64,000 nucleotides of DNA from Aquiluna sp. GTDB taxonomy: Bacteria > Actinomycetota > Actinomycetes > Actinomycetales > Microbacteriaceae. The notes beneath the pieces were generated by a model. That model did not search any database. It was given only the letters and a program-made list of their open reading frames with translations, and had not been told where the DNA came from. Positions 46,350 through 55,154 of this stretch are shown in pieces. How positions within the stretch are numbered: position 1 is the stretch's first letter; each line of letters begins with the position of its first letter. Location of the stretch: assembly GCA_028822985.1 (NCBI GenBank), contig JAPKCK010000008.1, positions 112 through 64,111 on the forward strand. Direction: 5' to 3'. Both the position numbers and the translations under genes were made by a program.

Positions 46350-48109
46350 TAGTTATCAAACCTAGCAATCGCGCTCTTTATTGCATCCAACACTTCGAGT
46401 TTTTTCTCTTTTGAGACGCTGATATCTCGAACCAGATGGTCTGAGTCGAGCTTTGTTAGATCAAGAGCAATGATCTCGGGGTTCATAACCTCAACGCCGG
46501 CACCTAAGGCGTAGTCCTGGTATTTGATTCCTGTGCCGTGAACATTTTCCTGGAAGCCTTCGAAGGTGACAAGGCCGCATGGAATGCCATAGGACTGGCA
46601 GGCAATCATGACGTGCATCGCGGAGGTGATGACGCTCTCGTAGCCAATTAGGTTCTGAAGAAAACTCTTGATCTGATCCGGGTGGGAAAGCAATACAGAA
46701 ATCTCGTCGTAGTGTTCCGGCAATCGAACCGGAATAGCTAGGTGAGAAAAGTGACGTATAAAAGCAACTCTGCCGTTTGTTTTGCCTCGCTTTAGGGGCA
46801 TTACCTCGCTGATTGCTAGGCCGGGGTCACCAAAGCTATCTACTTGAGGGCCACCGGAGCGGCTAAGCACTGCGGCTGTTAGTGGTCCGCGCACCGAGTG
46901 GTAGTCGGCTTTTTTTGAAAGCTCAATCTCTTCGCTTGAAATTCCGGTCCCGACAACAACCGAATGTGGCTTTATAAAGCGACCAATTGAACCAATCGCT
47001 ACCAGGTTCTTTTTGGTAGTCGGCTTAGTCGGGGACTGGAGAATGATTTTGCTGCTGGTGAAGTGGGAGATCATTAGTGGAGACAGCCAGTCCCCAAAGT
47101 TGCCTGGGAACGGCTTTGACCACCAGGTAACTGGGATTATGTTTTCCGAAGGCCTGTCCGAGTAGTAGAGGAACGAACTAGCCACATCAATAGTTGCTTG
47201 ATCTTGGTTACTGGCCAGAAACTTCTTTTCAAAATCCCATTTGGCGTTGGCGAGATTCTCTTTTTGACCGTTCATCCCCGCGCTCAGCATCTGGCCAAGT
47301 GCAGTGCGTCTAGCTGGGTCAATGTGGGTCGGTCTTCCTTGGGTCAAAAGCCCAGTGATACCGACGCCATCGACCAGTCTTCGAAGCGGATATTTTATGG
47401 CTGTCGGCAGGAGACGCTCAACGCGCTTTACCCGACGCAATATCTTCCGACGGGTTCCAATTGCCTTGGCTGGCCCATGTTGAACCACTTTGTCTTTGAA
47501 GTCGGCAACATTGCCGCTTGAGCCAAAGGAGAAAAATGCTGGGTGCTGACCGGGTTCAGTCATTGCACGCTCACGCATGATTCCGGTGGTTGGGATCATC
47601 TGGAAGCTCATCAATCTTGAGTTCGCCCTCCAGGCCTCCTCAAGGAAGTAATCATCGGTCGCTTTTATTTCAGCCCGCTGCTCAAGAGCGTAGGCATCAT
47701 CGATTAGTTTGCGTCCCTGCTTGGTGGCATTTACGCCCCAGAAGCTTGGCTCCCAGAACCTGGTGCGGTTGTGGTATCCAATCTGCATCGGAGCACCAAA
47801 GCTTCTCTGGAAGCCAATCAAGTCGGCGCTGGAGTTAGCTATGTAATCCGGTAGGTGCGAGATGCGGCAATCCACATCGATCCAAAACACCATCTTGTCC
47901 GGGTTGCGGTCGCAGACTTTTTTAATAAAGCCAATCTTTTTTCTTGTGACATCGGCCCAGTCTTCGCCTTCGTTTTTTTGAACCTCTAGGAGCTCATGTT
48001 CGAGCCCCAGTTCATCTAGCTGTTCGCGCAACTGCTTAGCGTGGTTGCCGTAGTACTCGTCGGGGGTATAGAACGAGCAAATTACTATTTGGGGTTTAGT
48101 CACGGGCAA
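46349..48109 (-). CDS. Fusion of a GT-A-like glycosyltransferase domain and a polysaccharide pyruvyltransferase domain
   Basis: N-terminal SFYT..YY, W...K..FI and WIDVD (DxD); C-terminal NFGDWLSP, IGSI, VRGPLT, GDPGL, SAMHVMIACQSYGIP. Confidence 0.75.
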   Translation of the reverse strand: MPVTKPQIVICSFYTPDEYYGNHAKQLREQLDELGLEHELLEVQKNEGEDWADVTRKKIGFIKKVCDRNPDKMVFWIDVDCRISHLPDYIANSSADLIGFQRSFGAPMQIGYHNRTRFWEPSFWGVNATKQGRKLIDDAYALEQRAEIKATDDYFLEEAWRANSRLMSFQMIPTTGIMRERAMTEPGQHPAFFSFGSSGNVADFKDKVVQHGPAKAIGTRRKILRRVKRVERLLPTAIKYPLRRLVDGVGITGLLTQGRPTHIDPARRTALGQMLSAGMNGQKENLANAKWDFEKKFLASNQDQATIDVASSFLYYSDRPSENIIPVTWWSKPFPGNFGDWLSPLMISHFTSSKIILQSPTKPTTKKNLVAIGSIGRFIKPHSVVVGTGISSEEIELSKKADYHSVRGPLTAAVLSRSGGPQVDSFGDPGLAISEVMPLKRGKTNGRVAFIRHFSHLAIPVRLPEHYDEISVLLSHPDQIKSFLQNLIGYESVITSAMHVMIACQSYGIPCGLVTFEGFQENVHGTGIKYQDYALGAGVEVMNPEIIALDLTKLDSDHLVRDISVSKEKKLEVLDAIKSAIARFDN

Positions 48110-48115
48110 AATCTA

Positions 48116-49057
48116 TCACCGAGCCTTGGTTTGATTGGAGAGCAACCCGACCCAAAACCCAATGCCCCAACAAAAGTGCATGGTCGGTAAAACCGCGAGT
48201 AGCCAGAATTTGGAGCTGAGGTCTAACTTGCTAACACCGAAGCTGACGAGTGCCACGGCAAAAAAGTAGACCCAAAGCGGAACTTGTAGCAAGCTCGCAG
48301 CAACTAGTAGGGGAGGTATCCAGTAGCGGAAGGAAGACTCCATTGGATTCTGTTTAGTTAGGGCACCGCGCCAGACGCCAGTGGAATAAAACTGCTTGCC
48401 CAGAGCTTTGATGCTCTCGCGCGGGTAGTAGCCGACCTTGAGCTCTGGGTCAAACCACACGGTATGGCCGGCCTGTCGAATTCTCAGGTTTAGCTCCCAG
48501 TCTTGACCGCGCACCCATTTGGCTTCGTATAAACCAAGCTCGGTGATTATCGATTTCCGAAAACAACCCAAATACACGGTGTCAGCGGGCCCTGAGTGTC
48601 CACCGACGTGGAATGACCCACCGCCAAGACCAAACCTCGAGTTATATCCAAAAGCAACTGCCCTTTGGAAGGCCGTTCTTCCTTTGGCAATCATCATGCC
48701 GCCAACATTTGCAGCGCCGGTAGCGTTCAGTATTTTGACGGCGCTCGCGGCATAGTTGTCGGAAAGTTCCGAGTGAGCATCGACTCGAATTACTGTTTCG
48801 TAACTTGATTTCTCAATCGCTAAGTTCAGACCGGTCGCAGTAAGCCCCGTTGGGTTCTCGATCAAAATCAGAGTTCGATACTTCTTGGCCAATGATTCGG
48901 CAATTTGGTTTGTTTTGTCAGTGGAGGGCCCAAGAGCCAGCACGAGCTGTTTTTTCCCTGGAGTCTTTTGGCTTAGAACTGACTCAACGGCGATCGCCAG
49001 GTAGTCCTGCTCGTTCAGAACCGGCATTATAAAAGAGACATCCTTGAGGTCAGCCAT
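48116..49057 (-). CDS. Family 2 glycosyltransferase (ExoA-like)
   Basis: IMPVLNE, RVDAHS, ADTVYLG, QDWELN.RIRQAG; C-terminal TM helices. Confidence 0.88.
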   Translation of the reverse strand: MADLKDVSFIMPVLNEQDYLAIAVESVLSQKTPGKKQLVLALGPSTDKTNQIAESLAKKYRTLILIENPTGLTATGLNLAIEKSSYETVIRVDAHSELSDNYAASAVKILNATGAANVGGMMIAKGRTAFQRAVAFGYNSRFGLGGGSFHVGGHSGPADTVYLGCFRKSIITELGLYEAKWVRGQDWELNLRIRQAGHTVWFDPELKVGYYPRESIKALGKQFYSTGVWRGALTKQNPMESSFRYWIPPLLVAASLLQVPLWVYFFAVALVSFGVSKLDLSSKFWLLAVLPTMHFCWGIGFWVGLLSNQTKAR

Positions 49058-50366
49058 TGACGATGTTTCTGCCAGGTGCAATTATTCGCCAACCGGCTTT
49101 TTGCCAGGAATCGACATTTAGAACATTTCGGCCATCAATAACTGTTTGGACCCGGGGCAAGCTTTTTATAGCCTCAGGATCCAGCTTTTTATACTCCACC
49201 CACTCGGTTCCAAGGATGATCAAATCGGCGTCCTTCACTGCGGTCGGTAGATCTGCTTCTGCAATAAGCCCGGAGGACTTTTTGTCCAGAGCCTCCAGAG
49301 AAACCGGATCATGGACGGTGACAATGCCTCCGAGGGCTTGAAGTCTCAGAGCGATCTCAAGAGCGGGTGAGTCTCGAAGGTCGTCGCTGTCCGGCTTGAA
49401 GCTGATTCCGAGCATTGTGATGTTCTTGTTCTTTATGTCGCCAAGCTCTTCGGTGGCAAGTGACACGATTCGCTGACGTCTTCGGAGGTTTATTTGATCA
49501 ACCTCTCTCAGAAACGCGAGGGATTCTCCAACACCGAGCTCATCCGCTCTGGCGATAAATCCACGAATATCTTTGGGCAGGCATCCGCCGCCGAAGCCAA
49601 TTCCGGTTCGAAGAAAGCTTTTGCCAATTCGGTTGTCCAGTCCGATTGCTTCGGCAAGCCGAACGGCATCGGCTCCAGAGGCCTCGGCTATTTCCGCCAT
49701 CGCGTTTATAAAGCTGATTTTGGTTGCGAGGAAAGCGTTTGCTGAAACCTTCACGAGTTCAGCTGTTTCCAGGTCTAGCTCCAATACGGGAATACCCTGA
49801 TCAATCATGGTTTGGTAGCAGTCCCTCAGGGCTTGGTTGTATTCGGGGTCATCGCTACCCATAACTATTCGGTCCGGCAACATTGAGTCTGCAAGGGCGG
49901 TTCCCTCTCGAAGGAACTCCGGGTTCCAGCAAAGCCTTGGAACGAATCCTGAAACTTCTTGCATTTTTGCGATGAGGTTTCTGGCGGTGCCAACCGGCAC
50001 AGTGGACTTACCAACCACCAGACTCGTCGGCATCAATACAGCTGCAAGCTGCGTGGCGGCGGCAAAGACATAAGAAGTGTCGGCAGACTGCTGTCCAGAA
50101 ATTTGAGGTGTTCCAACGCAAATGAAGTGGATGTCACTTGCCGCACTGAGGTCATCGTGATGTGATTGGAAGCTGATGTTTCCTGAAGAAATAGCCTGCT
50201 TCAGGGCATCTTCTAACCCGGGCTCGAAAAAAGGCAGGTTTCCAGCCGACAGCGCTTGCACCCTGGAGCGATCAGGCTCGATTCCTATGACGTTATGGCC
50301 AAGCTGTGCCATGGCAACCGCGTGGGTTGTTCCAAGATAGCCAAGCCCGATGACTGAAATCTTCAT
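49050..50366 (-). CDS. ugd: UDP-glucose/GDP-mannose 6-dehydrogenase
   Basis: VIGLGYLG, KSTVPVGT, NPEFLREG, AELVK, GFGGGCLPKD, FKPDSDDLRDSP. Confidence 0.93.
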   Translation of the reverse strand: MKISVIGLGYLGTTHAVAMAQLGHNVIGIEPDRSRVQALSAGNLPFFEPGLEDALKQAISSGNISFQSHHDDLSAASDIHFICVGTPQISGQQSADTSYVFAAATQLAAVLMPTSLVVGKSTVPVGTARNLIAKMQEVSGFVPRLCWNPEFLREGTALADSMLPDRIVMGSDDPEYNQALRDCYQTMIDQGIPVLELDLETAELVKVSANAFLATKISFINAMAEIAEASGADAVRLAEAIGLDNRIGKSFLRTGIGFGGGCLPKDIRGFIARADELGVGESLAFLREVDQINLRRRQRIVSLATEELGDIKNKNITMLGISFKPDSDDLRDSPALEIALRLQALGGIVTVHDPVSLEALDKKSSGLIAEADLPTAVKDADLIILGTEWVEYKKLDPEAIKSLPRVQTVIDGRNVLNVDSWQKAGWRIIAPGRNIVNG

Positions 50367-50442
50367 TGTGACAAGGAGTTTAGTGTTCGCGAGATGAAAA
50401 ATATGCGTAACAACTCTTGACATAGTGCGTATATTGGAACAG

Positions 50443-51912
50443 ATGGCCAATTCCAAGGATTACCCAGAAGATCCACTCGAACGACTGCTTGATAAAGAGT
50501 CGGACGAAGAATTTGGTGCACCCGAATATAGAGAGCATCTAGCCGATTCTTTGACCCCAGCGGTTTTGAAGGATTGGTCGGCATCAGACTTTGCCAGCAT
50601 CTACGTTCGGTTCCGTCCCCACCTTGAACGGCATGCTCGTCGCTACCTTGTAAACCCATCCCAGGTTGAAGAGGTAGTTCAGGACGCATTTTTGTATTTG
50701 ATGACAACACTTCCGGAACTAGATTCCGAAGTTGGGGTCCTAAAGTTTTTGAAGTGGAAGACCAGGCTTTTGTGTTTGGATGTCATCCGCATCAACTCGC
50801 GCGTGAGCATTGCGCCACTGGATGATCAGCCGGAAATAGCTGCAAACAGTCCGGAGATGTCTCTGGAAATGGAGCGAGCAGATGACGCAGCCATTGTTTC
50901 GATGGCTCTTGCAAAGCTTCAGCCGCGACACCGCGAAGTATTGATCGCCTCGATTTACGAAGAAAAATCAACGGACGCCGTTGCGGAACAACTTGGTTTG
51001 AGCGAGAACGCCACCAGGCAGCTGCTGTTCCGAGCACGATCTGCATTCAAGAAGGCTCTCATTGGCGAGGTAGAGACCGCCGGTATGTCAGCTGGGCAAA
51101 TTTTGTCGGTTGCTGCTAGAAAAGCGGCAGCCGAGTCTGGCAAGTACGTTGCTGCTGCAGGAGCGTTTCTGTTGGTAATGGCAGTTTCGCTTGGAGTGTT
51201 ACCGAACATAAACCAGACCACCACCAATCAGATTGCGAGCGCACCTTCTGAAAGCGCCGAGGCTTTATCTCCAAGTACAACGGGTGAGGCAAGTGAAACA
51301 GAATCAGTCGAGCCCCCAGCCATAGCCGCAGGCGCTGCGCCTGCCGAGCTTCCGGTTGAATCAACAGATGCAATCGACGTTGCCTCCACTCAGACGGTGA
51401 GCGAAACAACGACTCAAGGTCCAGCCCGCGTCCCAAATGCTGCCGAGGCGAACACGGTTGTAGCAAGTGAACCGGAACCAATTTTTGACGAGGCGTCTGT
51501 GGCAACAATTTTGGCTACCAATGTTTCTCAGGCCGGTTACTACACAAACTCTTACGCTTCCTCTGACTTCCTTTCCGCAGGCTTCCGCGGTAGTTCAGTT
51601 GAGATTTTCGGTGGCACCGGCATCTCTGCGTTTTTGGATATTGATTTTGCAAACAGGACAGTTTTCAATTCTGTTTATCAAATGTGGGTTGATGGAAAGC
51701 GATACTACGCAGTCTCTGAAATCTCCTCGGTTACGACCAGCCCAATTGGCGACGGTTACGAAATTGTCTTGAGGGCAAGCGATTTCTGGGTGGTCGATGA
51801 CAAGGGAAACGTGTTCGACCAGTCCCCGCTGAGCAATGCTATTTCAACCGTGAAGCTGAGCTTGGATTCCAAAGGAAACCCGGTCAAAGCCTCAATGACG
51901 GTTTCTCGATAA
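50443..51912 (+). CDS. ECF sigma factor with a C-terminal TM helix and extracytoplasmic domain
   Basis: Region 2 EEVVQDAFLYL; region 4 LQPRHREVL..AVAEQLGLSENATRQLLFRAR; TM YVAAAGAFLLVMAVSLGVLP; Ser/Thr/Ala/Pro/Glu linker; beta-rich C-terminus. Confidence 0.8.
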   Translation: MANSKDYPEDPLERLLDKESDEEFGAPEYREHLADSLTPAVLKDWSASDFASIYVRFRPHLERHARRYLVNPSQVEEVVQDAFLYLMTTLPELDSEVGVLKFLKWKTRLLCLDVIRINSRVSIAPLDDQPEIAANSPEMSLEMERADDAAIVSMALAKLQPRHREVLIASIYEEKSTDAVAEQLGLSENATRQLLFRARSAFKKALIGEVETAGMSAGQILSVAARKAAAESGKYVAAAGAFLLVMAVSLGVLPNINQTTTNQIASAPSESAEALSPSTTGEASETESVEPPAIAAGAAPAELPVESTDAIDVASTQTVSETTTQGPARVPNAAEANTVVASEPEPIFDEASVATILATNVSQAGYYTNSYASSDFLSAGFRGSSVEIFGGTGISAFLDIDFANRTVFNSVYQMWVDGKRYYAVSEISSVTTSPIGDGYEIVLRASDFWVVDDKGNVFDQSPLSNAISTVKLSLDSKGNPVKASMTVSR

Positions 51913-51914
51913 AG

Positions 51915-52562
51915 CTACTGAGCTATTCCGTATAGCCGGTCTCCGGCGTCTCCTAGGCCCGGCACGATGTAGCCGCGCTCATCCAGTTTCTCATCGAGTG
52001 CTCCGAGGACTACTTCAACTTCACGATCAGGCCACTTAGCTAGTAGGTGTGCTCTCACGTTTTCGACACCCTCGGGTGCACCGAGGAGACAGACGCAGGT
52101 CGCAGAGACTGCTCCGCGCTCGAAGATATAATCAATGGAGTCATTTAGCGTGCCCCCGGTGGCAAGCATCGGGTCGATTATGAAAACCTGGCGGTTTTCT
52201 AGGTCATCTGGCAGACGATTGGCGTAAGTGTAGGGCTCAAGAGTTTCCTCGTTGCGCTTGATCCCGAGAAAGCCAACCTCAGCACTCGGCAGCAACTTAA
52301 CCATTCCTTCGAGCATGCCTAGGCCCGCTCGAAGAACAGGCACGATGAGTGGCTTGGGGTTGGAGATTTTCACTCCGGTGGTTTTTTGCACTGGAGTCTC
52401 AATCTCAACCTCTTGAACTCGGATGTCTCTCGTGGCCTCGTAGGCAAGGAGAGTCACGAGTTCTTCGACCAACTGTCGGAACTGAGGGCTCGGCGTGCGC
52501 TTATCTCTCAGCACGGTGAGCTTGTGAGTAATCAATGGGTGATTCGCTACATGAAGTCGCAT
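51915..52562 (-). CDS. upp: Uracil phosphoribosyltransferase
   Basis: [44 protein letters not shown]. Confidence 0.96.
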   Translation of the reverse strand: MRLHVANHPLITHKLTVLRDKRTPSPQFRQLVEELVTLLAYEATRDIRVQEVEIETPVQKTTGVKISNPKPLIVPVLRAGLGMLEGMVKLLPSAEVGFLGIKRNEETLEPYTYANRLPDDLENRQVFIIDPMLATGGTLNDSIDYIFERGAVSATCVCLLGAPEGVENVRAHLLAKWPDREVEVVLGALDEKLDERGYIVPGLGDAGDRLYGIAQ

Positions 52563-52575
52563 AGGCTCAAGACTA
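52562..52575. promoter_or_regulatory. Back-to-back leaderless -10 elements for upp and tadA
   Basis: TAGGCT (+, 52562) is 7 nt before the tadA ATG; TAGTCT (-, 52575-52570) is 7 nt before the upp ATG; only 12 bp separate the start codons. Confidence 0.65.
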
Positions 52576-53018
52576 TGGAGTTTGAAGCTTTGATGCACCT
52601 TGCACTTGAACAAGCCAAGCTTTCCGGAGACGAAGTCCCGGTCGGTGCTGTGCTAGTGGATGGCAATCGCAACGTTGTCGCGGTCGCTCATAATCTGAGG
52701 GAGCAGCTGAAGGACCCAACCTCGCACGCCGAAATTGAGGTTATTCGAACTGCCGCAAAGAAGTTGAACTCTTGGCGGCTAGATGACTGCACGCTCATCG
52801 TCACGCTTGAGCCGTGCGTGATGTGTGCCGGTGCAATCGTGGCGGCCAGAATTCCAAGGGTTGTCTTCGGGGCATGGGATGAGCGCGTTGGGGCGGCGGG
52901 CTCTATCTACGATGTCCTTCGCGACAGCAGGCTTGGCAATCCGGTTGAGGTGATTCCTGAAGTGTTGGCCGATGAGTGCTCCAAAGTCCTAAAAGAATTT
53001 TTCGAAGCTAGGCGCTAG
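52575..53018 (+). CDS. tadA: tRNA adenosine(34) deaminase
   Basis: [26 protein letters not shown]. Confidence 0.93.
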   Translation: MEFEALMHLALEQAKLSGDEVPVGAVLVDGNRNVVAVAHNLREQLKDPTSHAEIEVIRTAAKKLNSWRLDDCTLIVTLEPCVMCAGAIVAARIPRVVFGAWDERVGAAGSIYDVLRDSRLGNPVEVIPEVLADECSKVLKEFFEARR

Positions 53019-53097
53019 GCGAAAACTTTTTTTGTTTTGCTCTCACGTTATTTTTCAAGCTTCGATCCATGGCGCGAGTGTTGCTAAGCTTTCCCAC

Positions 53098-53187
53098 GGT
53101 GACGTGTCCGAGCGGCCGAAGGTGCAACTCTCGAAAAGTTGTGTGGGTGAAAGTCCACCGTGGGTTCAAATCCCACCGTCACCGCCA
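53098..53187 (+). tRNA. tRNA-Ser(CGA)
   Basis: GGTGACG acceptor stem pairs with CGTCACC, then G-CCA; anticodon arm CAACT-CTCGAAA-AGTTG; long variable arm; GGTTCAAATCC T-loop. Confidence 0.97.
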
Positions 53188-53267
53188 TGTTTGCTAGAAG
53201 AATAATTAGCGACAACCCCAAGCGCCTGCGGCATTTGCTGCCAATGCCTATCTAGGCTCTTGTTGAA

Positions 53268-54008
53268 ATGATAAGACTTGAAGAAATCACCAAGACCTAC
53301 CGAGGTGCCGGTGAGCCAGCACTTCGCGAGGTATCTCTAGACATACAGCGTGGCGAGTTCGTGTTTTTGGTCGGGGCTTCCGGGTCTGGCAAGTCATCGC
53401 TATTGCGCATGATGCTTCGCGAAGAAAAACCTGACAGCGGCAACGTCCTGGTTTTGGGGGAGAACCTGTTTAGAATTCCGGCGAGACGAGTGCCGCAATT
53501 TAGGCGCCAGCTCGGGGTTGTCTTCCAGGACTTCAGGCTGCTCACAAATAAAACTGTTTATCAAAACATCGCCTTTGCGCTGCAAGTGATCGGAAAGCCA
53601 AAGGCGTTTATCGAAACTGCAGTTCCGGATGTTCTTCGTCTAGTCGGCCTTGATCATAAATCTAACTCCTTGCCTTCGGCGCTATCCGGAGGCGAGCAAC
53701 AGCGAGTTGCAATTGCCAGAGCGGTCGTGAATCGCCCCGAGGTGTTACTGGCAGATGAGCCAACTGGAAACCTAGACCCGGTATCAAGTACTGAGATCAT
53801 GAACTTACTCGAACGTATTAATCTCTCCGGCACCACAATCGTCATGGCTACCCATGACAGGAATATCGTTGACCGGATGCAAAAGCGAGTGGTGGAGATA
53901 AGCGCCGGTGTAATAATCCGAGACGCTCAGACTGCAAGCTATAAGGAAATTCCGTCTGAGCCGATGCCGATAATCCCGGAGCCCAAGGACTTCGAGGAAA
54001 AGCTATGA
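53268..54008 (+). CDS. ftsE: Cell division ATP-binding protein FtsE
   Basis: GASGSGKS, GVVFQDFRLL, LSGGEQQRVAIARA, ADEPTGNLDP, MATHD. Confidence 0.95.
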   Translation: MIRLEEITKTYRGAGEPALREVSLDIQRGEFVFLVGASGSGKSSLLRMMLREEKPDSGNVLVLGENLFRIPARRVPQFRRQLGVVFQDFRLLTNKTVYQNIAFALQVIGKPKAFIETAVPDVLRLVGLDHKSNSLPSALSGGEQQRVAIARAVVNRPEVLLADEPTGNLDPVSSTEIMNLLERINLSGTTIVMATHDRNIVDRMQKRVVEISAGVIIRDAQTASYKEIPSEPMPIIPEPKDFEEKL

Positions 54009-54919
54009 AGTTAGGACTAATTCTTTCGGAAATGTGGTCGGGGATTCGCGGCAATTTCTCGATGATCGTGTCAATAATCTTGGTCACTTTTGTATCTCTG
54101 AGCTTTGTCTCGGTTGCAGCATTGCTACAGCTGCAGGTTGGCAACATGAAATATTATTGGTATGACCGGGCTCAAATTGCGATTTATCTATGCTCGGACT
54201 TTTCGCCGGAAGAACAGTGCCCAGCGGGAGTGGCAACGGCAGGTCAAGTTGCTGCCGTGGAGGCATCTCTAAACAGTCAGGCATTGACGCCTCACATTGA
54301 AGCGTTTTACTTCGAATCTCAGCAGGATGCTTTTGACAGGTTCTTGGCCGAATCAGAAGACTTATCCGCAGCTCAGTATCTTTTACCGGAACAGTTGAAC
54401 GAAGCCTTTTGGGTAAACCTAATAAACCCAGATAGGACTGAGTTGATTGTTGAAGCCTTTAATAATCAGCCAGGGGTTGCCGAGGTCAGAGATCAGCGCG
54501 GCTATTTGGACCAAATTATTACCTTTCTAAACATTTCCTCTTTGGCCGTTGGCGGGGTGGCGGCAATAATGCTCTTTAGCGCGGCCCTGTTGACCACAAC
54601 CACAATTCGGCTCAGTGCCTTCTCCAGAAAGCGAGAAATCGCAATTATGCGTCTGGTCGGTGCTTCCAGCTTGTCAATTCAGCTGCCGTTTATTCTCGAA
54701 GGCCTGTTGGCGGCCCTAGTGGGTGGCGGTCTAGCTATCGCGACGGTGGCCTTTGGGACTCAATACTTCGTGACAGATCTTCTTTCCACGCAGCTGGCGT
54801 TTACTAGCTTCGTTGGCATCGACGATGTCTTTACGATTGCGCCTTTCGTGCTGGGAGTCGGTGCGCTGATTGCAACCGTGGCTGCTGCGGTGTCGACTTA
54901 TCGGCACGTCAGAGTCTAA
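54005..54919 (+). CDS. ftsX: Cell division permease FtsX
   Basis: 4-TM layout with a large extracellular loop; TIRLSAFSRKREIAIMRLVGAS...PFILEG. Confidence 0.93.
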   Translation: MKLGLILSEMWSGIRGNFSMIVSIILVTFVSLSFVSVAALLQLQVGNMKYYWYDRAQIAIYLCSDFSPEEQCPAGVATAGQVAAVEASLNSQALTPHIEAFYFESQQDAFDRFLAESEDLSAAQYLLPEQLNEAFWVNLINPDRTELIVEAFNNQPGVAEVRDQRGYLDQIITFLNISSLAVGGVAAIMLFSAALLTTTTIRLSAFSRKREIAIMRLVGASSLSIQLPFILEGLLAALVGGGLAIATVAFGTQYFVTDLLSTQLAFTSFVGIDDVFTIAPFVLGVGALIATVAAAVSTYRHVRV

Positions 54920-54922
54920 AAA

Positions 54923-54964
54923 GTGACGTTTTTGTGGTTTTTAGCTAAAACTCAAAAACATCAC
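54923..54964. terminator. Long imperfect inverted repeat after ftsX
   Basis: GTGACGTTTTTG...TTTTAGCTAAAA...AAAAACATCAC. Confidence 0.5.
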
Positions 54965-55154
54965 ACATTTATAACTATGCTGCGTACATTTAAGTTGCGT
55001 GCCAGACTATGCACCCCTTAGACTTCAGTCTTACTTCCCTAACCCATGCCTTGAAGATAAATAGCGGTTTTTTTGGCGTGATGCATATGTTGGCGTCATT
55101 GGTGTAGGAATGTAAATTTCCGCCTAAATTACGAGAACCCTAGGGGTATTAACT

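Noticed and set aside
53098-53267. tRNA-Ser as an integration site
   Set aside because: No integrase and no duplicated tRNA 3' end were seen in the window; the neighbours are core genes.
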